The notes under the pieces were generated by a model that searched no databases, was not told the DNA's origin, and saw only the letters and a list, made by a program, of their open reading frames with translations. DNA of 64,000 nt from assembly GCA_047967505.1 (NCBI GenBank), contig CM106538.1; one strand, given 5' to 3'. The translations under genes and the position numbers were made by a program. The stretch's first letter is position 1; each line of letters starts with the position of its first letter. Below are positions 36,175 through 49,299 of this stretch, in pieces. This DNA is from Dipteris shenzhenensis. Lineage: Eukaryota.

Positions 36175-37527
36175 TGTCAATCATTTCAGCTTCTTGACTT
36201 CTGACTTCTTTTCTTCGTACTTCTTTCTTCATCCAGATTCTGCTTTAACTTGCGTATTTCTTGTATTACATGTTTACGTATAGTCGAACATTTTGTCTGA
36301 GTGCAAAGCTTGCTAAAACTTATGGTGGTGCATGTATTGACAAAGCGATGTCCTCGATTCGTGGTATGTCTCCAAAAGAGACTCAAGCATACTTAATTTT
36401 AAAAATTCTATAACACAAGCCTTCATTCTATGCAAAGTTGCCTTGTGTAAACCATAAATTTCCCTTGGTCTTTGATTATTCAGAGAGCTTCATCCCATCC
36501 CAAGTTTTGAGATAAACTCTTTTTCCACACATGAGGTTGATTGTCTCAGAGGACAAGGAGATAGTAGAGTGCAAATGACATTTGCAATGTGAACTCTAAA
36601 GCCCGTTTGACTTTTCTTGTTATTTGGATTTTATTTTTGTGAACTATTGTAGGCCAATTCGACGTTATAGTTAAGAATCCAAAGGGATCTAGAGCAGACG
36701 AGCCCAATGTCAAGTAGCATATGGTGTGCATGATTTAGCATTATAGTTTTAGTTTTTCATTTCACAACTCTGTTGGCTTTTTTTCTATAAGGGATTCGGA
36801 AAGTAGTTTGTGGTTTACTACTCTACTAGAAGTTTGTTTGTGCGTGACGATTGATTTTATAGGAGTTATAGAGCACTTCTTCATCATTAATCTATTTGCT
36901 ACCTTCCTATCGCAAGCATTTCTATCATCCTTGTCTCCTTACCTTATCTCTCCGCCTCTCACCCCTCCACGTCCGTTGCTTCAATGTTTAGTTACAACTT
37001 ATTTTGATAGCCAGTCTAGCACTATCTTTGACTAGTGAACACCTATGACAACACAAATTGCTATTCAATTCTCACTTGCTTTGAGCCTTTACCTTTCTCG
37101 ATAGCCTCAACCTTTAACATATTGCCCGAGTCATGGATGCAACCATTTAAAAACCTTGTTGCTAGATGTTGTTGCCTCCTAAGTTGGATTAATTCGTCAA
37201 GTTTTTTTTTAATTCAAAAAAATGGGTCAAATACACTTTTTTCTTATTTAAAATGGAGTAACTAAATTATCCAATTTTATTTGTTCGAATACCTTTATTT
37301 GCATAAATAAACTAGTATTTGTATGAATAAATTTATTAATACAAATAACATAGTTTATTCATACGAATACAAGTAGTATAAACAAACTAAACCTTCATTT
37401 ATGGCCTGTATTTAGATAAATACTCCATCATTTGCTTCTTCCCTAACTACCTACTAGTGCCCCCACTTGCCTACCAATGCCCCAGTTTTGCTCTCGCACA
37501 TGTAAACTTATCTCCCATGTTCGAGAC

Positions 37528-38092
37528 TGGCACTTATCTCTCTTCTGAGAGTTGTGTGTTGCAGTCTCGATTTTAATATTCATGTTTTCATGTTTGCCAT
37601 TGGGGTTAGTACTCACCTCTTTTACGAGAGCTGTGTGTTGTAGTCACCACTTTGATTTTAATGTTTGTTTTTAACCTAAGGCTGGCACTCATCTCTCTTG
37701 TGAGAAATGTGTGTTGCAGTGTCAATTTCAATATTCATGTTTGCATGTTTGCATTTGGGGCTAGCACTCATCTCTTTTATGAGAGTTGTGTGTTGTAGTC
37801 TCCCCTTTGATTTTAATGTTGTTTATCTAAGGCCGGCACTCATCTCTCTTGTGAGAGTTATGTGTTGTAGTCTCAATGTTTATAGATGCTTCGTTTGGCA
37901 TTCATCTCTCTTATCAATCTTGAGAGTTGTGTGTTGTAGTCTAAGTTTAGAGATGTTTTCATAGATGCTTAGTCTAGCTCTCATTTCTCTCTTGAGAGTT
38001 GTTTGTTGTAGTCTGAGCTTGATATGATGCAACGTGTTCATAGACACTATAGGTATGGCACTCACTATCCCTTGATAGTTGTCGTTGTAGTT
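37528..38092 (+). repeat. tandem array of eight ~40-bp cores (GGCACTCATCTCTCTTGTGAGAGTTGTGTGTTGTAGTC) with 25-40-bp linkers
   Basis: Cores near 37529, 37608, 37684, 37763, 37835, 37897, 37976 and 38057. Linkers 1/3 and 2/4 are homologous. Confidence 0.9.
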
Positions 38093-38281
38093 AAAGCCTC
38101 ATATTAGATGTACATGAATGGTTAGTCAACACATTCACAAGGTCTCATAAATATATTTGTTGTGTTTTTAGATGAGTCAAAATGTAGCTTGAGCATCTGT
38201 GAATTTGCCCGCTTTGTTATTTTTCATTGCTGGCATTGAATCAGTTTTGAATTTTGTATTGCAGCTTCATTGTTGCACTTC

Positions 38282-38760
38282 ATGGCTCTTGCAAGAGAGA
38301 GGATTAAAGTTCAAAAGAAGATGCTGAAGAACTAGAACGTGCACTTCTTAATGAATGTCGATAAGGACATCATTGAGATTGCTTTCAACTATGGTGAAAG
38401 TGGCGTGTAAAATCTTGCACAGATGATGGTTGAGGGTGGAGTGAGGGCATTGTGTGAACAATTTCCAGATGTTTTTTAAGGACAATCTGGAGATAATACT
38501 TTTCACCTCTGTATAGATTACAGAGCATTGAATAATATCACTATTAAGCACAGATATTTGATGGCTCAGATCGATGATTTGCTAGATGCAATCCATGAGG
38601 AGGTTGGGAGGATATTCGGGGTGCCTACACCTGTGAATTACATCCGTGATTCGGAATAATTCATGCATCACTTTGCATTGGAGAGTCAGCAACGTCTTGG
38701 GCAAATAGATCGAGACATCCTTGCCTATGACACAAAGTGGGAGGGTCCCACCGTAGAAGG
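38282..38760 (+). pseudogene. decayed ORF containing a short gypsy RT segment
   Basis: Reads ..[59 protein letters not shown]..; the flanks are not RT-like. Confidence 0.6.
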
Positions 38761-39199
38761 TAGAGTCACGTACATTAAAAATGTGTGGTGATCCTTCAAG
38801 GGCAAGGGAGCTACCTCATCCTTCATTCCATTTATGCACCCATGTCCCCAACACCCACCTTCTTAAGTACCATTGCATCCCCCCCTCCATAGCCACAACT
38901 GATGCATCCCTTACATCCACTTCATCTCTTGCATCCCCCACATCCATAGCCACAACCACTGCTTTCCTTTTTTGCACATGGTCCCCTACCCCCTGTATCA
39001 TTATATCCACACCTGACTTATGTTTTGGAATTTGTTGCACATCCCTCGAAGAGCACATCATGATTTCACACCTTTTGCACATCCCCCCACACATCTAGAT
39101 AGGTTTCCCTCTCCTTTGCACTTGCCCATATATGCACCCACAGCCCCCTTGCCTTCAACAGTAGCCACACCACTAAAACAACATGCTGAACACATTGAA

Positions 39200-39690
39200 G
39201 CAAGAATGCCACAGCGATTAACACTCACGCTTCTCCAATGTGACGAGATGTTTGATTCACACTAGCAGCAACAACTCTGGGCACCGGCACATCTGGCAAT
39301 GTTAGTATGTGCCACATTTCCATCAGGTCATTCGATCCCCATAAAATTTATGCCTACAAGGTGTTGAAGCACTCTAGGACAATAGAGAATTTGCAAATGA
39401 AACAATTGGCGGAAGCCACATGGTTGGGTAATATCACACAGCCTAGTGTCATCCTATACACATTCAGGACCTGGCTAGCACAAGCAGAGCTCCGTCTGAA
39501 GCTCAGTTTCTATCGGGACTACTGCTTGCACATTTCAGCAGAGGGTTTCATCATCCCACCAAGGTACACCCAGATCCATCTACCACATTCACTCAGGATT
39601 GCCCTTGGACATTTACATGTCATTGCATCGACTCCGTATCAAGAGTGGGCGTGTAGAGGGGATACCTAGGGTGAGTCGTATCTACAGAAG
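39200..39690 (+). mobile_element. non-LTR retrotransposon (RTE-X/L2-like) ORF2 C-terminal fragment
   Basis: KLSFYRDY..PRYTQIHLPHSLRIALGHLHV-SLHRLRIKSGRVEGIPRVSRIY matches the LR.SSH.L.IE.GR..G.PR..R.C motif of LINE ORF2 ends. Confidence 0.72.
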
Positions 39691-41184
39691 CTAAGTCTAC
39701 AACCTGGTAATTTTCCCATACATATGATTACGAAACTTCTCATGAGCAATTCGATGATTCTCATTAGGAAATGAAATCAAAATTATAAAATTTAATGTGA
39801 CACAGTTAAGTTACACAAAAAGATTAAAAGCAATTGTAAACTCTCATAGTATTTATAATGGTGTTAACAAACCTTCTCCAAGTGATAGATGGGTCTTCAA
39901 TTTAATGTTTGATTACTAGGATCCTCCCCATTCAACCTCTTTCTCGCTTTCCCTCTCCCACCAGTCTCACCCTTCAACCTTTGCCAAGTGATAGAATGGA
40001 AATCATTTGGATAGATGGATGACATATCTCAGACATCATGGAAAGAGGCCCTCTCTAGCGACACACAAAGATGATGTAGAAATGCCTGTTAGAGCTCCAC
40101 ATGTCCGCCGTTAGCATGTTTTTGATCTCCTAGGTACACTTGTATACACTGTTCATTACATGCACCAACATAACGTCCTACATAATATTTTCATGCGCAA
40201 AACACTATGCTTCATTTCTTAGAGTCATCTGAAGAAGTGTATATGGGCATTTGTGATTGGGGAATGATGACATCATTTGTGATTGGGTAATGATGACATT
40301 ACTAAGAACCAACAAGCACTATCTAGCATTGAAGAGTAATAGTTCCATGACTATTATATCTTTTGCTCAAATATTTTTGCCACGTCTCTCTGAAGTGCCA
40401 TTCCACTAATCCCCCACCTTTTAGTATTGCACAAGATGTGTACCCCCAATGTTCCACCATATTCTAAAGATGATAGATGTTTGTGTACCACTGACTTATA
40501 CTGGTCTTGCACAAGCTTTGATTATGTGGCTATGACAACTTGCACTCCAAGGAAAGTACATAGACCCAGAGAGCCCTGAGCTGTTCACCAATTGCAGAGT
40601 TTTGTAGTGTTTTTAATATTGCAGCAAGTTGTAGTTTACAACTCAATCCCAACCAAGGACTTAGACTGGCAAATGTCTTATACAACCTTGTACATTTTGT
40701 GACATGATGGCTTATAACATGATCATTTTTTGTATATTGTTGAGTCCTTAGTCCATGATGATTACTTAAATATTACTTGTATAATTTAAAATTAAGTAAG
40801 CCGTTTAAGTAAGTGTCATGTTGGTACGATTTTAATAAATAAGTAAATTGAAATTAAGTAATGTTTCAACGATATAAAAAGTGTCATGTTGCTATGATTT
40901 TAAAAAAATAAATAATTTTAAATTAAGTAATTTGTTTAATAAGTGTCATGCTACTATGATAAGTGTTATCTTGCTATTCTTTGCTATAGTTTAATGCAAT
41001 TATCATTATTTTATACACGTTCTTACGTTCTTGATACGTTAATAGTGTCATTTTTATGGGTTTAATTTTAGGATTGAAATGAGCACAGAGGGAGAGAACA
41101 TACCTAATCAGGAACATCCCTAGGTAATCTTGGCACACCTCTAGATGATATAGGGTCTCAAGAGGCCAATTTGGATGAGTAAGT

Positions 41185-41355
41185 TGAGAGTGCTCTCAAT
41201 GGAAGCAAGAACGGAAGAGGGAGAGAGAGAAACAGAAAGCCACACAAGTTTTGGTGGGTGCAAAACCCCCCTAATCTTCTTTTTCATTCATTTATATATG
41301 TGTTTGAGTATTGTACATAATCGAGGTAAAGGCATAGTGACCTTTAACCCCCACA
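41185..41355 (-). repeat. 3' LTR (171 bp)
   Basis: TG...CA termini; about 13 substitutions and 1 indel versus the other LTR by hand count. Confidence 0.97.
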
Positions 41356-41408
41356 ACCTCCCACTTAAAGGACAATGTGTCTTTAAGGGAGAACAACCAG
41401 TGAGCATA

Positions 41409-44400
41409 CTATCCAATGCCCATCAATACATGACCATACTCAAACCGCTGATGACTAGGTAGACTCTTCGTCGGCATATTTGCAGGGTTATCATCTGTAT
41501 GAACCTTGACAAGCTCTATGTGCTTGTCCTCAAGTACCTCCCTGATGAAATGGTACCTGACCTTAATGTGTTTGGTCTTTGCATGAAAGACTGGATTCCA
41601 TGCTAGCTGAATAGCACTCATAGAATCACTATGCAATGTCGGTACACCTATATGAGTCCCTAAATCTCCCACTAGCTAATCAAGCCATATAGCCTCCTTG
41701 TAACCCTCTGTGGCTACAACATACTCAGCCTCTGTGGTAGACAAAGCAACACACTTTTGTGCATGAGACATCCATGACACTGCACCACCTGCAAAGGTAA
41801 ACACATAACCAGAAGTGGATCTCCTACTATCCACATGCCCTGCATAGTCTGAATCTGTGTACCCAAGTACACACATGTCTCCTCTACCAAAACAGATGCA
41901 CATCTCCTTGGCACCCTTCATGTACCTCATGATGCACTTAATTGCCTCCCAATGCCTCTTTCTTGGATTAGCCATATATCGGCTAACAACTCCCACTGCA
42001 AATGCAATGTCTGGTCTAGTAGCTATAATAGCATACATAAGACTCCCAACCGCTGATGCATAAGGAACCTTGGCCATCATGGCCCTCTCCTCATCTAAGT
42101 TGGGACTATCTGTACGACTCACTTTCACATATGGAGGCAATGGAGTACTCACTGCCTTCCCCCCCTCCATTTTGAAACATTGCAATACTTGTGTAACATA
42201 CTCCTTCTGTGAAAGCCAAAGGAGTTTCCTACTCCGATCACGCATGATGCGCATACCAAGAATATGACCTGCAAGTCCCAAATCCTTCATATCAAAGGCC
42301 TCATGCAACTTGGCCTTTAATGCATCTAGCTCATAAGTATTCTTGCTAGCCAATAGCATATCATCTACATATAGTGCCAGGATTATCATGCTATTATCCT
42401 TAGCCCTTTTAGTGTAGAGGCAGTGAACAATTTCACTCCTTCTAAAACCCTAGGACTGAATGAAAGCATCAAACTTCTGATACCATTCTTTAGGTGCTTG
42501 CTTAAGACCATAGAGACTCTTCTTCAGCTTGTAAACTAAATGCTCTTTGCCCTTTTTTTTAAAGCCTTCTGGCTGCACCATGTAAATTTCCTCATCCAGA
42601 TCCCCATGCAAGAAAGTTGACATCCATCTGCATAAGCTTCATATCCTCTGCTGCCACTAGTCCAAGCATGCATCTAAGTGTGGTCATCTTCACAACCGGA
42701 GAGAATATCTCATCAAAGTCCACACCCTTCTCTTGCTTGAACCCTTTAGCGACTAAACGGGTCTTGTACCTAGGCACATCATCACCCGTGACCTTCATCT
42801 TATAGACCCACATTAGGAAAAAAGGGAGCTCATTTTGGGGCCCTGTAAGAAATTCACTATTTTCTCTTTTCTCTCTCTACAAAAGCAAGAAAATATGGAT
42901 ACTTGCGTGAGAAATGTCAGTGTGAAAAGGAATAAATATATTCTTTCACATGCTTTACATTCAATGTTCATATAAGAGCAACACTTTTCTGTGCAGAATT
43001 TGGTGATTCTGACACCGCAGGACGCGTCCGGAACGGTGGCCCGAAACCCCAAGAACGGCACTGGAAACGCTGGAATCGGACATCCGGAGGCCCGAAAATG
43101 GCCAAAAAGGGCCGAAAAGTAGGATTTGCAGCAAAATGCGATCTGGCACCTTTTGAAATTTCAAAAGTGCCATATCGCATTTTGCTGCAAATCGCGTTTT
43201 TTGGCCTTTTTTGGCTGTTTCCGGGCCTCCGGATGTCCGATTCCAGCGTTTCCAGTACCGTTCTTGGGGTTTTGGGCCGTTTCGGACGCGTCTGCGGTGT
43301 CAGAATCATCAAATTCTGCATAGAAAATAATTTTTTTAAAGATTCAAATCAGATCACCTCATTAATGTGACATGCTTCTACGAACATATAGTACTATTTC
43401 TTTTTCTTATTTTCATCTTCTTTTGTTGAATTTTCAATGTTACGTTGGCCCACTCCTAATTGGTTGAGAGCCTATTTTCTCTCTCTTCTAAAAGGCCCCA
43501 AAATGAGCTCCCTTTTTTCCTAATGTTTACATGGCAATGCTTTCTTTCCATGTGGCAAAGAAACCAAGTCCCAAGTCTTATTCTTCATAAGTGAACTCAT
43601 CTCTGATTGCATAGCATACTCCCACTTGCGTTAATCTTCGCGCATTATAGCCTCTCTGTAGCAAGAAGGCTCCGCACAATCAGTAAGCATCACATAGTCT
43701 ACCCCTGGAACAACCTATCAAGCGGTCTAGACACTCTAGATGATCTTCTCAAGGGCATTTCAGCTTGCTGTCCTACCTACATATCAGCCACATTTGGCTC
43801 ATCATTTCCACTAATAGATGATCCATCATCGACCCTTGATTGTATACCTGTGGGAGTACTTGGTGGTACCATTTCTTGCACATTTGGTGCATGGATAGCT
43901 TGCTGTCTATCAACATATGTAGGTGGATTCACGTCCTGGAAAGTGATTCTTCTCATTTCCACATCCCTCATGGGTGCCTTATGCATCTTCTTCTCATTGA
44001 AGACTACATCATGGCTGCATATGATCTTCTTTGCTTCTGGATCCCAGAGACGATAGCCCATCTCTCCACTTTCACCATAACCCTGAAAGATGCATTTCCT
44101 AGACTTAGGATCTAGCTTCTTTTGAAGCTCTTTTGGCACATGTGCATATGCCTCACACCCAAATATATGCAAATGAGAGTAAGAGGGCTTCTTGCCACTC
44201 CATGCCTCTTCAGGAATACCACCATCCAAACTCTCACTAGGTGATCTATTAATCACATGCACTGTAGTCTTCATTGCCTCAGCCCAAAGACCACCAGAAA
44301 GACTTGCATTGGAAAGCATGCATTAGAACCTTTCTTAAATGGTACGGTTCATCTTTTTTGCAACTGGATTTTGCTTTGGAGTATGCACCATTGTTAGTTC

Positions 44401-45960
44401 ATAAGCATTTAAGTGTTCGACCTGACTGATTCTTAACCAAGGCCAGCCATTTCTTAAATACTTGGAACACATCACTCTTTCGAGCTATAGCATAAGCCCA
44501 CACTTTCCTAGTTGCATCATCAATGAATGTCACATAGTATTCAGCCCTGCCTAATGACCCTGTAGGCATGGGACCACATACGTCTGAATGCACCAAATCA
44601 AGCTTTTCAAACTCTTTCTTTCCCCTTCTTTTATGGGCTGATTTAGTCTACTTCACATAGAGACAGTGCTCACAAAATTCAAAATCAGAGAAACTCAAAT
44701 GCGGTACATAACCCAAACGGCATAAGAGTTTCATTCCATTTTGGCTCATGTGCCCCAACCTACAATGCCACAAAGAAGTGTTTGGCTGCTCGGTTATTGC
44801 AACAACATGATCAAATACCCCTGATACATATAATGGATACAAAGTCCCACACTTGGCACCCCTGGCCAAAAGCATAGAGCCTTTCTGAATTTTCCAACTC
44901 TGAAAGCCAAAAGTGGTGTGAAAACCACCATCATCTAGCTGACCCACTGAAATAAGACTCTTGGTCAACTTAGGCACATGTCTCACATGTTTCAAAACAA
45001 ATGCAGACCCATTTGCGAAAGAAAACTTTATGTCACCTACTCCCACTATGTCACATGCATAGTCATTTCCAAGATGCACACAACCTATCTTTCCACTGTC
45101 ATAAGTGGAGAACCATTCCCTATGGGGAGTAACATGGAATGAAGCACCATAATCCAAAATCCAATCCGGGGAATATGCATCATCTGAAGTGGTAAGCAAC
45201 TCTACAGATAAACTAGACATGAAGAGAATGTCATTGTCACTATCATGTGTGACTGCATTGATCTCCTCGATCTTCACTTTTCCTTGGTCCTCCCTTGGAC
45301 TCTCTTTCTTTTGATTTGCATCCCAATTTGCATTCTTTTTCTTATCCTTTTGCTCTCTTTTTAGCTTGTAGCAATCGTTTTTCATATGGCCCTTCTTGCC
45401 ACAGTGGTAATACTCAATGTTGCGTGCCCTGGATTTGCTACGAGAGTTTCCTCTTTCTTGGGACTTTCCCCTGAATTGTGATCTGCCCCTTTGCACATTT
45501 AAGGCTGCACCCTGCTTGTTGCCATCCATAGACTTCCGTCTAATCTCCTCAACCAACAAGCTACCCACAACATCATCAAATTTCAGTACTCCACCAGGTG
45601 TAGAGTTACTGACAGCTGTATGGAAGGTATCCCATGAGGATGGCAATGAACATAAGAGAAATATTGCCTTAGTCTCCGCATCAAAATTCATCTTCTGAGC
45701 TTGAAGCTGGCTAAAAATAATATTGAATTCATTCAAGTGAGAAGCAATGGAGACCCCTTCCTTCATCTGCAGCTCAAACAACCTCTTCATGAGGTAAACT
45801 TTATTAGAGGCAATTTCCTTCTCATAAGTGGCACACAGTTTCTTCCATAAATCTTCCGCAGTGTCTGCTCATTGTCTGCTCATTTACTACTGTGAAATAA
45901 ACTGACTCTGCAAGATGAAGTCTAATAGTAGAATTCGCTAATGCATCCAAATCATTCCAA
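41409..45960 (-). pseudogene. disrupted copia gag-pol polyprotein
   Basis: ORFs 44648-45790 (gag, YYHCGKKGHMKNDC, WILDYGASFHVT), 44399-44596 and 43777-44319 (IN), 42592-42813 and 41676-42389 (RT, LYVDDML) and 41409-41672 (RNase H). Confidence 0.95.
42811..43525. mobile_element. non-autonomous TIR element (715 bp) with perfect 32-bp TIRs, inserted in the copia RT
   Basis: TIR CATTAGGAAAAAAGGGAGCTCATTTTGGGGCC at 42811-42842 and its reverse complement at 43494-43525. Removing the element restores KALPCK|WVYKMK. Confidence 0.95.
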
Positions 45961-46952
45961 TCATCCTCTACAACCCAATGCACACCACGAATGAGTGCAC
46001 ATGGCTTAAACTGTAACTAGAGTGATCTGCATAAGGTATGCTCAAGAAATCGTGGTCCCATGGCAATGACCGCTATTGAAAATAGAACTTGAGATGCCTC
46101 AAAATATGGATGCCATTGCATAATCAGACTCAGCAAGAAAATTTGCAAATATATCTCTTTTGCCAGAACTCCAAAATCCCAACCGATGAGTGAGAAATGG
46201 GAGTCAACACTTATCCACTGCCATGTGGCATAAATCTAAGGTTTCAAAACCTTAGAATGAAAAATGCATAACAGAGAGACGAAATCCAATACACAGAGAT
46301 CTATAACTCTGAAAATACTCCACCGAATCGTGCAAGAACTAATAGGTAGGGGTTTTTGGGCGTCCGGAACGCAATGGGACAGACGGTTTTGAAAACCGGT
46401 CCAACACATGGACTAAAAAACGTTTTTGGAAATACAACCATTTGCAAACTCTAGTGGAGTGTGAATGATGAGCAACATAGAAGTTTTAGGACCTCCTGAG
46501 TCCACTGAAACTAACAGATCTGCAAATGGTTGCTCCAAACTTGAGTTCCAATACTCGGGCAGAAAAAGATAGGAACTCACATAGTGAGTCAAAGACCCAA
46601 TGAAATGATCCCAGATTCAAGAATGAAGGTATTTCCAAGCTCCTGAAGTGAAGTGGACACCAAAAGCAAGCAATAGTTGCCTCTACAAGTCAATACGGAG
46701 TTCTATCATTGAACAAAATAGGGAAAAGCTCAAAATACGAATTTTTCTTTGAAAACACTTAATAGGCTCTCAAAACCACTTCACAAAGCCAAAGTGACTT
46801 TTCCAAAGGTTCGTCCAAGGTCTCTACATACTCGGATGCAAGTAAAGTTACCCACAAAGCTTCCCACAGAGCTTCTCCTTCCTCCCACAGAGCTGCTGAG
46901 CTTCCAAGCATTCACGCACACTCAACTAGATCACCCGGGCTTTGATACCAGT

Positions 46953-47122
46953 TGAGAGTGCTCTCAACGGAAGCAAGAATGGAAGAGGGAGAGAGAGAAA
47001 TAGAGAGCCACACAAGTTTTGGTGGGTGCAGAACCTACTAATCTTCTTTTTTATTCATTTATATATATGTTTGAGTATTGTACATAATTGGGGTAAAGGC
47101 ACAATGACCTTTAACCCCCACA
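46953..47122 (-). repeat. 5' LTR (170 bp)
   Basis: Adjacent to the PBS; homologous to 41185-41355. Confidence 0.97.
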
Positions 47123-48949
47123 TAAGTGAATCATGCTGAGGCTCAAGAAATTTTAAACGAGCAGTGAGAGATGGTTGGAAGGGAGGGATTAGGTGTGTTT
47201 GCCACGGGTCCGATGGATGACAAGACCATGCAAGGCGAGCCACTATCTCTCCGATAAGTAGCCAAGCTTTTTTTGAGTGAGTTTGTAAGAAACACACTGT
47301 TTCTTTGAAGTGGGTGTGCTAAAAAAAATTACTCACAACCCAAGTTATCTGATCTATGACACAAGGCTTTTGCACACAGTCTACCCCAATGGTTCATAGA
47401 AATTCAAACAATCAAAAAATTCTTATGCACTTCATCTAGCAAGTGTACGTACACGATGTCTTGCATCGGTGGCTTTTTGGGCATAGGAAAGGGACGTCTT
47501 GCCGAGCGCATGCTAACAAGGGCTGAGAACAGAGAGCCAGTATCTCAGAGGTCTCGTGTATTGACTCCATAAGCACACAATGATCTTATTGACCTAGCCA
47601 TGTCAGCCATACCTCTTCATCAATAGGGTGTTACTATTGAGGACTTGTAAGTTAAGATTACAAGACAAGACAAAGAGATTGAGGACTTGTGAGCACGTGT
47701 CCATACCCTAGAGACACAGCTCCAACGATACAGAACCAAATTTGGGGACTTAGATGCAAAAGATGATGTTGATACGTTCGATATTGCGGACTTGACCAAT
47801 CTTGATAGCCAAGGTGTAGGACCTAGGTACATCTGTTTACCACCATCATCCGCCTCAACATCTACACCACCTCTCTCCTCCCCCTCTCCTGCATCATCAT
47901 CACAGGTCTCCTCTCCAATAGCCTCACCACTGGCCCCACTAGCCACAACTCCACAGTACTTTCCCCTCGTATCACCTCTATCTCTCAGTCAGCCACCCTT
48001 TATCATCTCGTCTGGCCTTGCTACTCCTATATATCACTCCCCTGCCCAAATCAAGCTACCCCCACCCTCAGTACAACCTCAGCAGTCCACCTTCATTCCA
48101 ACCCCTCTCGAGATCTAGTTCCCACCTGAACGAGGACATCTTAGGCCCCCGCCAGATGCTTGGGACTCCCTATTGGTCGACCATGGCATAGAGGGAGCAT
48201 GGCGTGTTGGGAGAGATCCCAACCGAGAGTAGCCCCTAGTCATTCGCTTCAGAGATTCACATGCTCGGACTAGCAACACTCTGACGTCGAGCCTCTCTAC
48301 GAGAGCATCCCACCCTGTCCATGGACAAGGATTTGACACCACTATAGATTGAGGAGCGAGGAGTTATGGACCCTAGCACATTTGTCTATTGAGATGTTTT
48401 TCACACAAACCTACTATATGAGACATTCTATTGTGAACATGTGTATATGGATCCTATAATGGAATTTCGTAAAGATGATCTTGAAATATATTTACCCTTT
48501 TTCAAGTTTTGTATGCAATGCCATTTTGCAAAGGATGTTACCATCCTTAACCTTTTAACTTTTAATGTTCTATTTCTTTGTGCTCCTTTTTTCTCTCTTG
48601 CTTGCACAATAGAAAGACTTGGGAAATGGAAACTATAAACACATTATAACAATGCTCACAAAGTGCATAAATTAACTCCAACGCACAACTTCTCCAAGGT
48701 GACATGTTAAGAACAAAAGAAGGTGATATGGACACCCGAGCATTATAAGAATACAACAAAGCATACATACACCTTAATTAAACCTTAATTAAATAACAAT
48801 AATTTCCCACAAAAGTATACAAGTCAGGGCAACATCATTGAGATAGATATGACCATATGTGATCTTTCATCACTTAACATATTCTCATATCCATTCCTTA
48901 ACATTTATGCACATCACCCAATATCGCAGTAAACATCGGTATGATATCA

Positions 48950-49260
48950 TTGATCTCTTCGACTTCACTGTTGTTGCTGGGTAGCTCAAGCTCATCCTCT
49001 TCTTCACTAAATGCACCCTCAGTAAAAACTTCTGTAGTCAAGCATTGTTTGGCAATTCTCGTTGCATTGGATTCACTTGTTGCCCTTGCCGCAACATTCA
49101 ACCCTTTCGTTGCATATTTCCAAAGCAATCAACCAAAATTTGTAGCTCTTGATGTCTTTAACCGATTGCATCTCATTGAATGAATAAAATCATACACACT
49201 TCAATTTCACTCACATGCACATGATGATGCAACACTAGTGCATATGATTGAGAATAAACC
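48950..49260 (-). mobile_element. hAT transposase C-terminal dimerisation-domain fragment
   Basis: Reads SSCACE*N*SVYDFIHSMRCNRLKTSRAT, matching the SSS.CERNWS.Y.FIHS..RNRL...RA motif, followed by an acidic tail. Confidence 0.8.
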
Positions 49261-49299
49261 AACCAAGCAAGAGGAGACACAACGGCAAGCCACTCTGAA

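Larger units (their letters stand above)
41185..47122 (-). mobile_element. full-length Ty1/copia (Tnt1-like) retrotransposon with both LTRs and 5-bp TSD
   Basis: LTRs 41185-41355 and 46953-47122; TSD TAAGT at 41180-41184 and 47123-47127; PBS TGGTATCAAAGCC (46938-46950); PPT 41356-41366. Gag-PR-IN-RT-RH order with stops, an integrase deletion near 44395 and a TIR-element insertion. Confidence 0.98.

Noticed and set aside
37528-38092. CRISPR-like array
   Set aside because: Linkers are pairwise homologous (higher-order tandem repeat) and there are no cas genes.
42813-43370. several ORFs within the TIR element
   Set aside because: They arise from the GC-rich palindrome and have no transposase motifs.
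42816-43520. reading the element as GGAAA-ended with a TA or TWA TSD (Stowaway/Tourist)
   Set aside because: That would leave extra bases in the copia RT frame, and CATTA/TAATG recurs at both ends of a second element.
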